A DNA stretch of 59,806 nucleotides, filler included, from Fonticula-like sp. SCN 57-25 (GCA_001724245.1; 11 parts of 11 records of this genome joined end to end with filler, not necessarily neighbours in it), one strand, 5' to 3'; shown: positions 33,058 to 45,117, counted from the whole stretch's first letter. Made by a program: numbers and translations. The notes: generated from the sequence alone by a model not told the origin.

Positions 33058-35073
33058 GACTGCCTTTTTCATCAACAACAGGCTTTTTCTTATGTTTCTT
33101 AAGCATCTGTTGTAATTCTTGATATTGCTTAGTCTGTAGTGACTTATCCCGCCCACTCTGTTTCGCAAATTCTACGTAGCCAATATCACTATCCCTTGCC
33201 TTGACTGTACACAGCTTTTCATTGATCCCAATGTAAGACTTGTCAGGGGAGGAAGGTAGCGTCTTCTTATGCATTCTATCCATTTCTTCTCTTCCAATCT
33301 GGTTACGAATCGAAGGTACTCCTTTTACGGTGGTAATTTGTGGTATATCATAGTACTGATCGAGAATATGTTCTGGAGCTGTTCGCATCTTCAAAGGAGA
33401 TTTACATTCTTCTCGAGAACTCATCTTTCCAAAATCAATGGAGTGCATTCTCGGGAAAAGGGGACCATAATTGGGATTATTAAATCCAATATTCGATGTA
33501 ATTGTTCGATTAATTAGTGGGGGCCTTCTTGTCTGTCTGTCCATCATCACTGGAGATCTTAAGCGATCCTTGACAGGATCCAAATTAATATCGAAATAAT
33601 CTGGTGACAAGAGCTGTTTCAGTGTTGCTTCGGCAGTATTAGTTGGTGATGGAATAGTAAACACAGCCTCTCTTCTCATTTGTTTGTCGAAAACTGCCAA
33701 AAATGGTGCTCGAGGGTTGGTCGAGTCGAGCTCATGAGATATTGTCCCTCCTCTAAAGCCCTCTCTCACTTCTACTTTCAATACAGTATGTTTTTCTTCA
33801 GCATCCTCTTTCTTGTTCATCAATATGGGGTTAAGATCTGCAACTGCTGGGTGAAGACGTTGTTTTCCTCGATCCAATTGTTTCTCGAATTTTATGGGGG
33901 TTATGCTCCGCGGTACTTGAGGGTCGAAAGTCTAGACAAGCAAAATGATAAGCCCACAATACAAGTTGTAGAGAAACAATATACTGTTCTACTCACATCA
34001 TAAAACCTGTTGTGGGCAGGTAGTTTGATTTTTGGGTTACTGTCAACATCTGAAAGAGCTAACTCTATTCCAATGCGTGTTGCCTTTCGTTGTGTCGCTC
34101 TAGTGGCGATTTTTTCAAAACAAATATGGCCTCCAATGCGAGTGTCAATTGCAGAATACTTTGGGTCATATTGCAAGGTTCCATAGGGAGAAGGTTTGAA
34201 AAGTTTGCTGCCCCTCTCCCTCCCCATCTGTTTGTCCAGTGGTGTAATGAGATTAGGTCTGACCTCTAATTTTACTGGGTCACAATCTGGCCAATATGCA
34301 CCAATTGATGGTGTCTCTGAATATCGGGTGTCTCTTGTTGTCTTGCTTACGAAGGCACTTGTTCCCTTTATTGGAGATTGGGATCTTCGTTTCTCGATCC
34401 AGTTGCTGATATCCTCGGATAATCTGGGATTTGTATCTTCTGCACTCTTTGGTGATTCTGGGTCATACTGTGGAAATTGTGTTTCCTCAAACGTAGGTCT
34501 GGAGTTTTGTTCACCAGTTTCTTGCAACTGATCTCCTTCGCTTATTGTCTCAGGGTATTCTTGATCGTTACACGACTGCTGCGATCTTCGGTCCATTCTT
34601 TCGCTTGCACTTCGAATAGTAGAATTTGCATTCATTAGCACCATAACTTTTGCCTTTTCTTCGACAACATGATACCGAGGATAATAATATCCAACTGGGG
34701 GTACTTCCTTCCCTTGTCCTTGCGACATTCTCCCCATAAAACCAGTATTACTGTGTCTACCAGTACATGAAAAGCTGTAAGACATTTTCTTGTGTTGCTT
34801 GGCGCGAGAGTTATGGGATGGTGGATGGTGCTTGGTGCTCGATTCTAACAAATCCATCATTTCTACAACACTAATCTTTGACAATCGCCTTCTCCTGTCG
34901 CTACGGCTCTCCTCTTTTACCCCCTTGTCTCCACTTCTTATCACTTCACACTTCCTGTTGCTACTACGGTCGGCAGCGCGACCCAGCGTCGATACAAGGG
35001 CTGTGTCTCTGAGAACGCGCTGCACCATTTTATCAATTGACTTCCGTTTGTTCTCCTGCGCCTGTCCCTTCAT
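33058..35073 (-). CDS. Uncharacterised protein with PxxGxY and FxKQxxR repeats (SHIPPO/STPG-like, possibly axonemal), 3' partial
   Basis: ORFs 33901..35073 and 33002..33877 join in phase 0 through intron 33932..33996 (GTGAGT...CTAG). Repeats VPPVGYY, TPSIGAY, LDKQMGR, FEKQLDR, FDKQMRR, FAKQSGR. Confidence 0.55.
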
Positions 35074-35153
35074 AACTAATCCAATCCAGCATAACTGGCA
35101 TCTACTGAATTAGTCAACTTGTTGATATAGTCAACCCGCAAATTCCTTGTTCG

Positions 35154-36713
35154 ATGATGTCACAGTACGCTGGTGACGGGACCAAGAGTGGCACAGTATT
35201 TCAGCAGCAGCACACTTACGATGCCAAAGTTGGACGACTTGTGTCTGTTGATGAGCTCACAAAAGAGCTGCAAATGAGGGGCCAGTTCGACAAGTGGCGC
35301 GAGCAGTTGCAGAGAGAGCTGCGCGAATCCGGGAAACTCGAGGAGCTGCGCGTCGAGTCGAGCAGACTGCTGGAGACGAGCAACGTGCTGAAACGCGCGC
35401 GCGCACTTGCCTCCTCCGAGCGCATGACCCACGCGCTGCGCAAGCAGCTGTTCGAGGAGATACGCTCCTTTCTCCTGGACTCACCGCTCGTCGAGAAGCT
35501 CACCGATGCGCTCAGATCCCTTGTGCAACCGGCACTCGGTGCAGCAATGCAACAAGAGGAATCCACAGTAGTCCAGCAGCAGCAGCATTCTACAGTTGTA
35601 CAGCAACAGCAACAACCAGATGTAGCAGTGGTACCACCACCACCACCACCACCACCACAGCAGGATACAACAGTGGCTGTACCACCAGCAGCAGCAGCAG
35701 CAGCAATAGCACAGCAGGATACAACAGTGTCTACAATTCCAATAGATCAGGATACAACTGTCACTGTGCCACCACCACCAGCAATAGCACAGGATACAAT
35801 TGCAGTTCCACCACCAGCAATAGCACAGGATATAATAACAATTCCAGTAACTACACTACCAGATATAACAGTCACTGCACCACCTGTACCACTTGCAACA
35901 ACAACAACAACATCTGTACTACTTGCAACACCACCTGTACCACCTGTACCACTTGCAGCACTTGCAGCAACTACAAGACCTGAACTTGTACCACTTGCAA
36001 CAACTACAACACCACTTGCACCACCTGCACAGGAGGAGGACACTTGCACTCCTAAAAGCGCTACAAAGCTACGAGGAATCGCAGGAGAGCTGAGAAGCGG
36101 AATAGCAGCGTGCTTCCAGATGCTTGCGTTCCAATATGAGCAATCTCTGCAGTTCAAGGAGCAACAGCAGGAGGAGGAGCGCCAGCTGCGTATCGACAAG
36201 GAGCGCCAGCTGCGCGTGTCCAGGGTCACCTCTTCCACCACCACCTCTGGTACCACAAGCGCGAGTGCCCCGCAGAAGATGGGCGTCACCCGCGAGCTGC
36301 TGCAAAAACTGGAGAAGCGACTGGAACTGCGTTCCGCACAGCGAGGTTCCGGACACTCTTCGCTCTCTCGCGCAGTCAGAGCGTCCACCTCTTCTTCATC
36401 GGCAGCAGTGAAGCACTGGCAGCGCCAGCAGCAGCAGCAGCGACGCGTCGAAGAGGAGGAGAGTGGTGGTGTGAGTCCACCGCCCGTTGAGGAGGACTTT
36501 CTCGAGGAACCGGTGCCACTGGGGTCGCGGGTGACGCCACCCATGCCGCAGCTGGTGCCCGGTGGGTACACCCCGACGAGACGCAGTGCGAAACAGTCAC
36601 CGGAGATGAGTGCAAGGAGAAGGCACATTTACACGGAGCTCTTTGGTGCTGGTGACTCGGACTCGGAATCGTCAGACCGTTCCAGTGACCCAAAGCGTCA
36701 AAGGAAGCAGTAA
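35154..36713 (+). CDS. Protein with an N-terminal BOD1/Shg1 (COMPASS-associated)-like helical domain and P/T/Q-rich repeats
   Basis: 519-aa ORF; DELTKELQMRGQFDKWREQL resembles the Shg1/BOD1 LKxxGxFDxxR motif. Confidence 0.5.
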   Translation: MMSQYAGDGTKSGTVFQQQHTYDAKVGRLVSVDELTKELQMRGQFDKWREQLQRELRESGKLEELRVESSRLLETSNVLKRARALASSERMTHALRKQLFEEIRSFLLDSPLVEKLTDALRSLVQPALGAAMQQEESTVVQQQQHSTVVQQQQQPDVAVVPPPPPPPPQQDTTVAVPPAAAAAAIAQQDTTVSTIPIDQDTTVTVPPPPAIAQDTIAVPPPAIAQDIITIPVTTLPDITVTAPPVPLATTTTTSVLLATPPVPPVPLAALAATTRPELVPLATTTTPLAPPAQEEDTCTPKSATKLRGIAGELRSGIAACFQMLAFQYEQSLQFKEQQQEEERQLRIDKERQLRVSRVTSSTTTSGTTSASAPQKMGVTRELLQKLEKRLELRSAQRGSGHSSLSRAVRASTSSSSAAVKHWQRQQQQQRRVEEEESGGVSPPPVEEDFLEEPVPLGSRVTPPMPQLVPGGYTPTRRSAKQSPEMSARRRHIYTELFGAGDSDSESSDRSSDPKRQRKQ

Positions 36714-37001
36714 AAATTTGCTGGTGGTTCTTCGCTTTGTGTTGTTCCATGAAGAGCACACACATACATACACACACACACATGCACACAGTGAAACTAC
36801 TCTTGTTCGCGATGCTCTCTCCACCGCAATTGCGGTCAACTTGTTAGAATTACAACACTCAACCATGGCAAACTGTATTACGATATTCACGGTATTTGTG
36901 ATTAGTTGCACTATGTTGTTTGTTTTCGTTTGTTTTTCTTGTTTCAATTCGTTCAATTCGTGAAACGAGAGGGACAAGTGTTGAACACACACATTCACAA
37001 A

Positions 37002-37472
37002 CTAATCAGTGTGCTTGATGCAATTGTCCACTAGTCCGAGCAACTTGCTGTTCTCCAAGGCTGCAGCGACACGCTCCTTGTCTGCAAGCTGCTTGTTGAC
37101 TGCGTCCTCGCTCTCGTGGGTTCCCTTGGCGACTCGTATGTCGACCTTGAAGCGCTTCGGGATGCTTCTCAGTAATTTGACGCGTATGCTGAGTCCGATG
37201 AGCGTGGACATGTTGCAATGGGTGACGGTTGGTGTGAATTCGATGGTCACTAAATTGCCCTCCACCCAGATGTGTTCAAGACGGAGCACTTTGAGCTGCT
37301 CCAGGGTGAGTGGGTGCTCCGGGTCCAGAATGTGGCGAATGGTCTCAAAAATTTCGAGAGAATCAATCTCATCCGTGATCTCCTCGTTCATATTTTCCCA
37401 TCCGGCTCGTGAAATCTTCTTCACTTCGTAGACTTGTGGATTCGGGTTCTGCATGTTGTCCGCTGTCTCCAT
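37002..37472 (-). CDS. CIAO2B: Cytosolic Fe-S assembly factor CIA2B/MIP18/FAM96B
   Basis: NPNPQVY...IRHILDPEHPLTLEQL...FTPTVTHCNMSTLIGLSIRVKL...GTHESEDAVNKQLADKERVAAALEN. Confidence 0.95.
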   Translation of the reverse strand: METADNMQNPNPQVYEVKKISRAGWENMNEEITDEIDSLEIFETIRHILDPEHPLTLEQLKVLRLEHIWVEGNLVTIEFTPTVTHCNMSTLIGLSIRVKLLRSIPKRFKVDIRVAKGTHESEDAVNKQLADKERVAAALENSKLLGLVDNCIKHTD

Positions 37473-37868
37473 TTTTTTTTGTTTTTTGCTGTTTACTCGC
37501 GTTTCTGCTTCTGAAATATTTTTTTTGGTCAAGGTTGAACACAACTTGTTATTGTTTCAGTTTTGGTGGAATACTCCAGAGAGATGAGGTTCTGTGTTTT
37601 CAAATGAAAAGTTTGTCAGCCTTGTATCATATCCATCACCTACAACAACAATCGTGAACCTTACAAACATGCAAAGTAAAGCAAAAGAGATCAGAAACAT
37701 TCGAAGCAAACAGTAGAGACCTTTTTTTTATGTGCGATAATCCTTGTTCTTGTGAAATATGTGGAGGTAACTGGCAAAATATCAATAAATTACATGCTGC
37801 ACGTTCTGTTTCATTGTTGTACCAAGGTGGTTTGTTTTTTTTCTCCATTAGTAATAATAATATGCAGT

Positions 37869-38248
37869 TTATTGTTGCTCTGACACTTGGTACAACATTA
37901 CCTCTCTGTAACAAGACTTGGTGCTTCTCTCCTGTTCACAGTGGACCAGTTTATCTCCTCGTGTGATCTGTGAGCACATCTGTGAGGAGCAGGTGGCATT
38001 TGCCACACTCAACAAACAATACACTACAAGGACAACTCTTGAGAAGGAATCTTGTGAGACATTGGTCATGTTGGCTAGGAGCAGGGCTAGCATTGCTAAA
38101 CTCAACAGGGCACTCTCTACAACAGTCTCTAGGCCCAATTGTTGCAGGATATCGTCCGTTACGTGGACAATAAAGAGAGTGATTAACAGAAGGACCAAAC
38201 TGTAGCTCATTAGCATCACCAATACCAGCTGTTCTCCTCGCAAAATCA
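37869..38248 (-). CDS. Possible 3' end of a membrane protein
   Basis: Open frame from the contig edge with three hydrophobic segments; no family recognised. Confidence 0.3.
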
Positions 38249-38439
38249 NNNNNNNNNNNNNNNNNNNNNNNNNNNNNNNNNNNNNNNNNNNNTTAATTAA
38301 TTAANNNNNNNNNNNNNNNNNNNNNNNNNNNNNNNNNNNNNNNNNNNNCTGTCCCTGCACCCTGATTCCCCTTCTGATTCCTCTGATTCCTCTGATTCCC
38401 ACGCATCCACCCCCAATTCCACCCCCAATTCCACCCCAG

Positions 38440-38948
38440 TCCCGCGCAAGGTTGCCCTGGAACTGCGCACGTTCAAGCGCTGCCCCGGCGAGCACTGCCA
38501 GCGCGTCCTTTCCCGCCACGAACCCAAGGCAACAAGCGCCGTCCTCAAGATCAACTGCACCGCCATGGCCATGGTGCCATCCTTCTTCATCTCGAATCAC
38601 GTGATCATAAATGGTGTCCACGTGGCCGACACGGTCGCGCTGACCTTTGTGAACCCGCTCGACGTCCGCTGTCACGTGACCTTGTCCGTCGACTTTGGAT
38701 CGGCATCTTTTCCCACGTCTGAATTTGATGTGGCGGCGGCGGCGCTGATCGAAGACGATGACGAATCGGACGCTGTGATTGGTGGAGACGAAAAAGAAGA
38801 CGGTGTGATTGGTCGGTTGAGAAACACGGTGACGGTGATGATGAAGGTGATGCAGGGGGGTGATGTTGGTGTGAAGGTGATGGCGGTGTATGAGGCGGCG
38901 GGGCAAAAGGTGGAGTATGTGGCGAGGATGAGGTTGGATAAGATGTAA
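38440..38948 (+). CDS. DCTN4: Dynactin subunit 4 (p62), last exon
   Basis: PRKVALELRTFKRCPGEHCQRVLSRHEPKATSAVLKINCTAMAMVP...VALTFVNPLDVRCHVTL...RNTVTV parallels the p62 C-terminus (SLRCRKCEHNLSKPE...LTLTNP). Confidence 0.75.
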
Positions 38949-39341
38949 TGTTGTAATAAAGTATATTTTGATATAAATGTATTGATGTCTTATGGGGATC
39001 AATGAAAGAAAGAAATGTCTGATAGATGATAGATCATGACTGTTTGATAGATATCTGATGAACGATGGATAAATGGTACAAATATGATGATATTGAACAA
39101 AGTGTCATTAAGTTGTTCATTTGATGATATACATGTACATTTACATGTTCATTTATGTGTTCATATGTGTCCATTCACGTGTTCATATATGTCATATGTA
39201 TCACTGAATACAAATGTTTAGTATACAGTCATGAATCACTGATTCTTCAGATACTGTATCACTGTGTGTGGCATAACATACAATAGTATTTCGTATTTTT
39301 CCTTATTCTTATACTTATTGCAATACAAAATTATATCAGTC

Positions 39342-40229
39342 TTACGCAAACCTCTTGTGCAGCCCATTCAACTGCTCCAAGATCAAAAACGTAAACACCG
39401 TATGCGGCCCCAACCTCAAAAAATACGGCGTGAACCCCTTCCACAATCTCAGCACGCCCTCCTCCTTCACGACTCTCACGAGCACCTCCAGCGCGTTCTT
39501 GTACTCTGGCACGCCATTGACGTACTTTTGGTTCTGGATGCGCGTCTTTGTAATGTCGACGGGCATCGATGCGCACGTGGCGACGAATCCAGAGCAGAGC
39601 GATGCGGCGAGATGCAGCAGCACGCCTTCCTGCATCGCGCCTGTTTTCAATATGACTTCCTTGGCCTGAGAGTAGGAGGCGAGCTGGGCGGCGTTGAGGA
39701 CCATCGCGCGCGCGACGGTCGGCATGGCGCCGCGCCAGAGGGCGAGGATGCCTTCTTCGCGCGCGACGCGGATGAGGGCATCAAAGACGTTGCGGTAGCC
39801 GCGGCGCTCGGCGGCGGGGAGGGAGCCGTCGGCCATCATGCGGACGAGCGCGACTTCGGCGGGCGTGCCGACGATCGCGCCGACGCCGCCGGCGGTCATG
39901 CCCATGGCGACGCGAAGGGCAAAGGTGGGCGCTTTTTCATACTTGCGCGTCGCGGCATCCTCGAGCGTGTTGTAGACGCCGAGGCGCGTTGTGGTGTACG
40001 TCGCCTGGCGGAGAAGGCCAGCGCTGAGGCCGGCGTACAGGCCAGTGATGCCAGAGGTCGACAGGATCTCGCGGATGACGGCGGCGCTCGAGGATGAGCC
40101 GAGCTGCAGGCGCGTCTTGACAAGATCGAGAGGCTGCACGATGCACGTGGCGCCCATGCCGGAAAGGCCGCCAAAAAGGAATTTGACGGCGGCGCTCGAC
40201 TGGGGAGTAGAGCTGCTCGAGCTGCTCAT
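39342..40229 (-). CDS. SLC25A11: Mitochondrial 2-oxoglutarate/malate carrier
   Basis: KFLFGGLSGMGATCIVQPLDLVKTR, GLLRQATYTTTRLG, GTPAEVALVRM..DG, RAMVLNAAQLASYSQAK, RLGPHTVFTF; three carrier repeats. Confidence 0.93.
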   Translation of the reverse strand: MSSSSSSTPQSSAAVKFLFGGLSGMGATCIVQPLDLVKTRLQLGSSSSAAVIREILSTSGITGLYAGLSAGLLRQATYTTTRLGVYNTLEDAATRKYEKAPTFALRVAMGMTAGGVGAIVGTPAEVALVRMMADGSLPAAERRGYRNVFDALIRVAREEGILALWRGAMPTVARAMVLNAAQLASYSQAKEVILKTGAMQEGVLLHLAASLCSGFVATCASMPVDITKTRIQNQKYVNGVPEYKNALEVLVRVVKEEGVLRLWKGFTPYFLRLGPHTVFTFLILEQLNGLHKRFA

Positions 40230-41288
40230 GATGGGCAGAGGATGGCCGATGCCACGCAGCAGTGCTTGCACAAAAGTGCTGAAAAATCGTGTTGACCAAT
40301 AGGAAGTCGCCAAGAGATGGATTGACCAATAGCGTGACTTTGATGACGGTGCAATTTGGTCAGAGGTGTCGCCTGGCAACGATGCGGAAAAGGATGCGGA
40401 AAAGAATAATAGCAAAAAGAAGAAAAAAGATATCATATTGACAATTATAATGAAATAAAAAAAAGACAGGAATAAAGGTCTTTAACAAACAAGAGTCATA
40501 TTAGCAGTCAAAGTAATGGGTATTTTCTCTTCATAGGGCCAGCTAGGGAACGATAGTTGAAAAAACTGTATGGACACAATATAGCAAAACGTTAATAAGA
40601 AGTGTAGGTAAGGTAAATAAACTCTTATTATATAATTGTTGAATGACTCTTTTTTGTTATATTTTGTTATGTATTGTCCATCGAGCAACCTTCACGGTAA
40701 GGTCTTTTATCACGTTCCCATATCTACCACGAGGTTGCTGAACCATAATATATTTCCCACACTCCTAATTATTCTCTATATTATATCCGTCAATTCACCA
40801 ATAGCCTTTCTCATTCACGTCTTTAAACACAACTTTTATTGTACAACTTATAGTCCAATTCGCCGCACCTTTGAGATCGTTTGGCGGGAATCATGAAAAT
40901 CAGACATAATCAGCGGAATCAGACGCGATCTGCCTTGGCGGTCGGGCCGCGACGACCACCAGACGACCGCGGGGATCCCGGCGCTGGTCCGCCCCCTCTC
41001 CGCCTTTATTTTCTCTATTGGTCTGCACCGACGGCGACGTATAATTTTTCTCTGTTTTTTCTGCGGCATTGATTGTGATTGCGTCGTCAATCGCCCACCT
41101 TTTCCCTTTCTTGGCGCCTCGTGCTCACTTCGCTTCATCTTGCGGCGTGTTTCATCCCGCCCCCCGTCATCGCATCGGCCTCTTTCCCTTTCTTTCCCTT
41201 TCGCGGCCCTTTCCACTTTTTCGCCTCTTCCTATTGGCCGCTTTTCTCCCATTCCGCACTTTCAACCTTTTTCTTCTCATTCCTCGTC

Positions 41289-42946
41289 ATGATGACGTCT
41301 GACGTGACGCCCATGCATCCCCCCCTGCATCACCCCGGCCCGCTTTCCTCGGCCTCTCCCCACGACGCCTCCCGTCACATCCGCGTCGCTCCCTCTCTCG
41401 AGATCCCGCTCAGCCCGCGCCTCTCATCTCCCATACTCCATCATCGCCCGCATCCCATCCCTCTCTCTCCTCATTTCGCCATCGCCAGCGGCATCCCATC
41501 CCCATTGAGCCCGGCATCGCCATCCTCATCCTCCTCATCCTCCTCATCCACATCCACTCACCCACCCCGCCACCCCCCCCCTCCCCTCTCCACCACATCT
41601 CCCACCGGGATGCTGCTACCAGCCCATCCCGCGCTCGAGAAAGCGTACCTGAGCAGCCCCCATCACGAGCGCCTTCTGACGATCTACCGCCTGCTAAAGC
41701 TGTGCTCGGCGGCGCACTTGCAGTTGGTGAGTGTTGTGAGTGAGAGTTTGAAGGAGGGGCATTCGACGCATCAGGATGGGCTGCCGACGGAGGCGTCACT
41801 GAGGGCGTCGGTGAACGATCCAGGTGCGAATTAGGGCATTTGGGAAGCAGTGGGAAGGTGGGAAGTAATGGGAAGCAGAATGAAGCTGGGAAGTATGTTG
41901 TGTATATGATATATGAAAATGATGTTGAATATGATATTGTATATTTGAGTGTTGAATGTGAATGTATGAAGAGTGTGAATATGACACTTTGAATGTGACA
42001 ATATGACACTATGATACTTTGAATATGACACTGTGAATGTGACATTGTGAATGTGTGAATATGACAATATGACACTGTGAATGTGAATGTGACACTATGA
42101 ATGTGACAATATGACATTGTGAATATGACACTGTGAATGTGACACTGTGAATGTGACACTGTGAATGTGACAATATGAAAGTGAAAATGAAAGTGAATAC
42201 TGTATGTGAACATGATATTGATACTGTATGTGTGAGTGATGAATGTGAAGAGTGTGAATGTGACAATGTGACACTGTGAATGTGACACTATGATTGACAT
42301 AACACTGTATGTGTATGTGAATATGATACTGTATGTGAACATGATACTCTACTGTATATGATACTGTATCATTTATGATCATATTTTCTCTCTCTTATCC
42401 TCTTCCTCCCCCATTCTCACCCAATCACAGAGCTCCTCTCCAACACGTGCACCTCCGGCCTCATGTCCTCCATCCCCGACACTTCCGAAAAGCTCTCCTC
42501 AATGCTCCCTTTCCTCTCCCCTAGCAACACCACTTGCGCCGACATTGCTTTTTCGTTTGCCACAGACGCCATCAAGATCATCTGCAATCAGACAAATCAG
42601 ACAAATCAGATCAATCAGAATCAGATTGGTCAGATGAATCAGATGAATCAGGGCATGAATCAGGGCATGAATCAGACACTGAATCATGGAAATCAGATGA
42701 ATCAGACACTGAATCATGGGAATCAGGCACTGAATCAGATGAATCAGACACTACTGAATCAGTCACTGAATCATGGGAATCAGAGCATGAATCAGAGCAT
42801 GAATCAGGAGAATCAGGACAATCAGATGAATCAGTTGAAATTGTTGTTGGTGACGATGGCGGTTCATCCAGTGTATGGGGCTGATCAGGTGAAGGAGGTG
42901 GAGGGGATGATGGAAGTGTTGAGGCAGAGGGAGGCAAAGTTGAATG
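41289..42946 (+). CDS. Smaug/SAMD4-ZCCHC2/14-like N-terminal domain protein (first two exons, 3' partial)
   Basis: Exon 41289..41823 splices (phase 1) to 42431..42946: ERLLTIYRLLKLCSAAHLQLV...SVNDP...MLPFLSPSN...LLLVTMAVHPVY. This parallels Smaug LPLLKPGN/ALIHPA and ZCCHC14 LLFTMASLHPAF. Contains an NQ-repeat insert. Confidence 0.55.
41950..42370. repeat. Intronic minisatellite (~14-nt GTGAATGTGACACT units)
   Basis: Many degenerate GTGAAT/GTGACA units inside intron 41824..42430. Confidence 0.9.
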
Positions 42947-43689
42947 GTATGTGAAAGGGGAAAGGAAGGGAAAGGAAGGGTTATTGTAGGGTATTGTAGG
43001 GTTATTGTATGGTATTGTGTGTGTTATAGTATGGTATAGTATGGTATTGTGTGTGTTCATGTGTGTGTTCATATGTGGGTATATGTGTGGTTTGTGAGGG
43101 TTATAGTATGGTATTGTGTGTGTCCACGTGGTTGTAGTGTGTGTTTCAGTGTGTGTTTTAGTGTGTATTCATGTGTGTATGGTAGTGTTTGTGTGTGTGT
43201 ATGGTGTATGAATGTGTATGTATGTGTGTGTGTATCAGTCTATGTATGTATGATTGTCAGGGTATGAGTCTGGGGTGGATATTGGATAGTGTATGTATGA
43301 GTGTATGTATGAGTGTATGTATGAGTGTATGTATGTGTATGATCATGTGTGTGTTCATGTGTGTTTTTTCTCTCTTTTCCTCATTTCTTCTCCTTTTTCC
43401 TTCTTTTCTTCTCCTTTCTTCATCTTTTCCCTTCATTTCCCCTTCTTCTCCTCTTCCCCTTCACTTACTAACACGTTCCCTCTCTTCTTCAGCCCCCCTC
43501 CCCCCCCTCACGACCCTCCCCTTCTCCGCCTCCTCCCTCNNNNNNNNNNNNNNNNNNNNNNNNNNNNNNNNNNNNNNNNNNNNTTAATTAATTAANNNNN
43601 NNNNNNNNNNNNNNNNNNNNNNNNNNNNNNNNNNNNNNNGAGAGAAAATACGGCGAGGAAAAAGAAAACAATACTGAAAAGAGACGTAC

Positions 43690-43762
43690 CGCTAAAAATC
43701 ATGGCGAGGGAAGCGCCGGCAAAGCCGAAAAACGGCGCGTAGGCAGGGCACAGCTCCGACAT
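43690..43762 (-). CDS. ATP6V0C: V-ATPase 16-kDa proteolipid subunit c, first exon (3' partial)
   Basis: MSELCPAYAPFFGFAGASLAMIFS followed by a GTACGT donor. Confidence 0.88.
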
Positions 43763-43858
43763 TGCCGCGGGTGTGCTGGCTGCCGTGCAGGTCGAAAGAG
43801 GACAAAGCAGGTTTGGGTGATTAGTTGATCATTCTAATTTGTTGATGACCATCAAATC

Positions 43859-43888
43859 GTGACGTCACGGATGTGTATGTGACGTCAC
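43859..43888. promoter_or_regulatory. Two perfect GTGACGTCAC (CRE/ATF-type) palindromes upstream of V-ATPase c
   Basis: Copies at 43859-43868 and 43879-43888, ~100 nt upstream of the ATG. Confidence 0.55.
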
Positions 43889-44049
43889 ATGCAACGGGGA
43901 CCAAAAGTTCAAGACTGGCTTTCAAATTGTTGAATAGAAAGAACATTATGTACAAAGCGTAGGCTCGTTTACAACAAGCAATAGAAACGGCGCGTCAAAA
44001 TGCCCGCGTCGCTGATCTCCTGCTACATTTTTGGTAATTTTGGCATCGC

Positions 44050-44881
44050 CTAGTTGGCGCGCGTCGAGCCGATCAGCTTGGTGAACTCTATTGGCGACAG
44101 TAAAGTTAGCCTCAAAGCAATAATGAAAATATTGCCACGCACGCTCAAACTTTATGCTCTCCTGGGTGACGGCGGGCTTGATTTCGTTGTTTTCGTTCTT
44201 GGGGATGCGGATCATGCCGTTCTCCTCGGTCCACCCGGCCTCCTTGATGAACGCGGTCAGCTCGGCGCCGCTGAGGCCCAGCACCTCGCCGACAAGCGAG
44301 AGCTTAACGGTCTGGTATACAGACGAGATCACGAAAGCAATGTCTGGCGGGCGGGATCAGCGGGCGGACAGCAATAGAGTGATTGTCGTACACTTGCGGA
44401 CGGCGGTGTGGAAGCCATTGATGCCGGCCACAAGATCCTTGACCGAGTCGAGCGACTTCCAGAAAGCGGCGTACTGCGCGGTCTCGAGAAGGTCCTGCAC
44501 GTTCAGGACGCTAACAATGAGGGGGTCCTCAGCCTTGGCGGGGTTAGCAGGCGATCGGGCCATCCGCGACAATTCGTACGGCAGACTCGGGGAGGAGAGC
44601 GAGGCCGAGCGAAAGGTCATTGTTGGGCAAGTGGGCGAGCGACTTTAGCAGAATACGCGCGCACACCGTCTTGTTAATATGGCTCGGGTTGAACTGGTAC
44701 CTGAATTCGCGCGTGAGAATCGGGCGTGATCATCGTCATCATCATCGTACAGCTTGAGCACGGCGAGGTTGGCGTTCACATCGTAGGTGCCATCGCGGCA
44801 CTGGGCATCCACGCCGGCCTCGAGGCTGGCAATGTTCTCCGGGTTGTAGCGGTCAACGCCGTCAAGCTTGATGGCGGCCAT
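44050..44881 (-). CDS. EIF3K: Translation initiation factor eIF3 subunit K (5 exons)
   Basis: LDGVDRYNPENIASLE..VDAQ...YDVNANLAVLKL-YQFNP...ILLKSL...LLETAQYAAFW...ESIKFE. Confidence 0.93.
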
Positions 44882-45117
44882 GGCGCGGTGGATGCTTGGA
44901 TGCGCGCCGCGGATGCCGTCTGGATGCAACAGCCCAAATGCTGACAGCGCAAAGTGATCCACGGGTGATGGGCAGAGATTGCAAGATGGGCGGCAAATCG
45001 ACCGAATTTCGGTAAAAGTTGACAAAAAGACGAGAGAAAACTTTGTTTTAGACTGTGCTTTTCATAAAAGTACACACAATAGCGAGACAGTGCAAAACGT
45101 CGTATACTTATATTACA

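Noticed and set aside
41410-42382. His/Ser/Thr/Ile-rich minus-strand ORFs
   Set aside because: They are translations of the intronic GTGAAT/GTGACA minisatellite.
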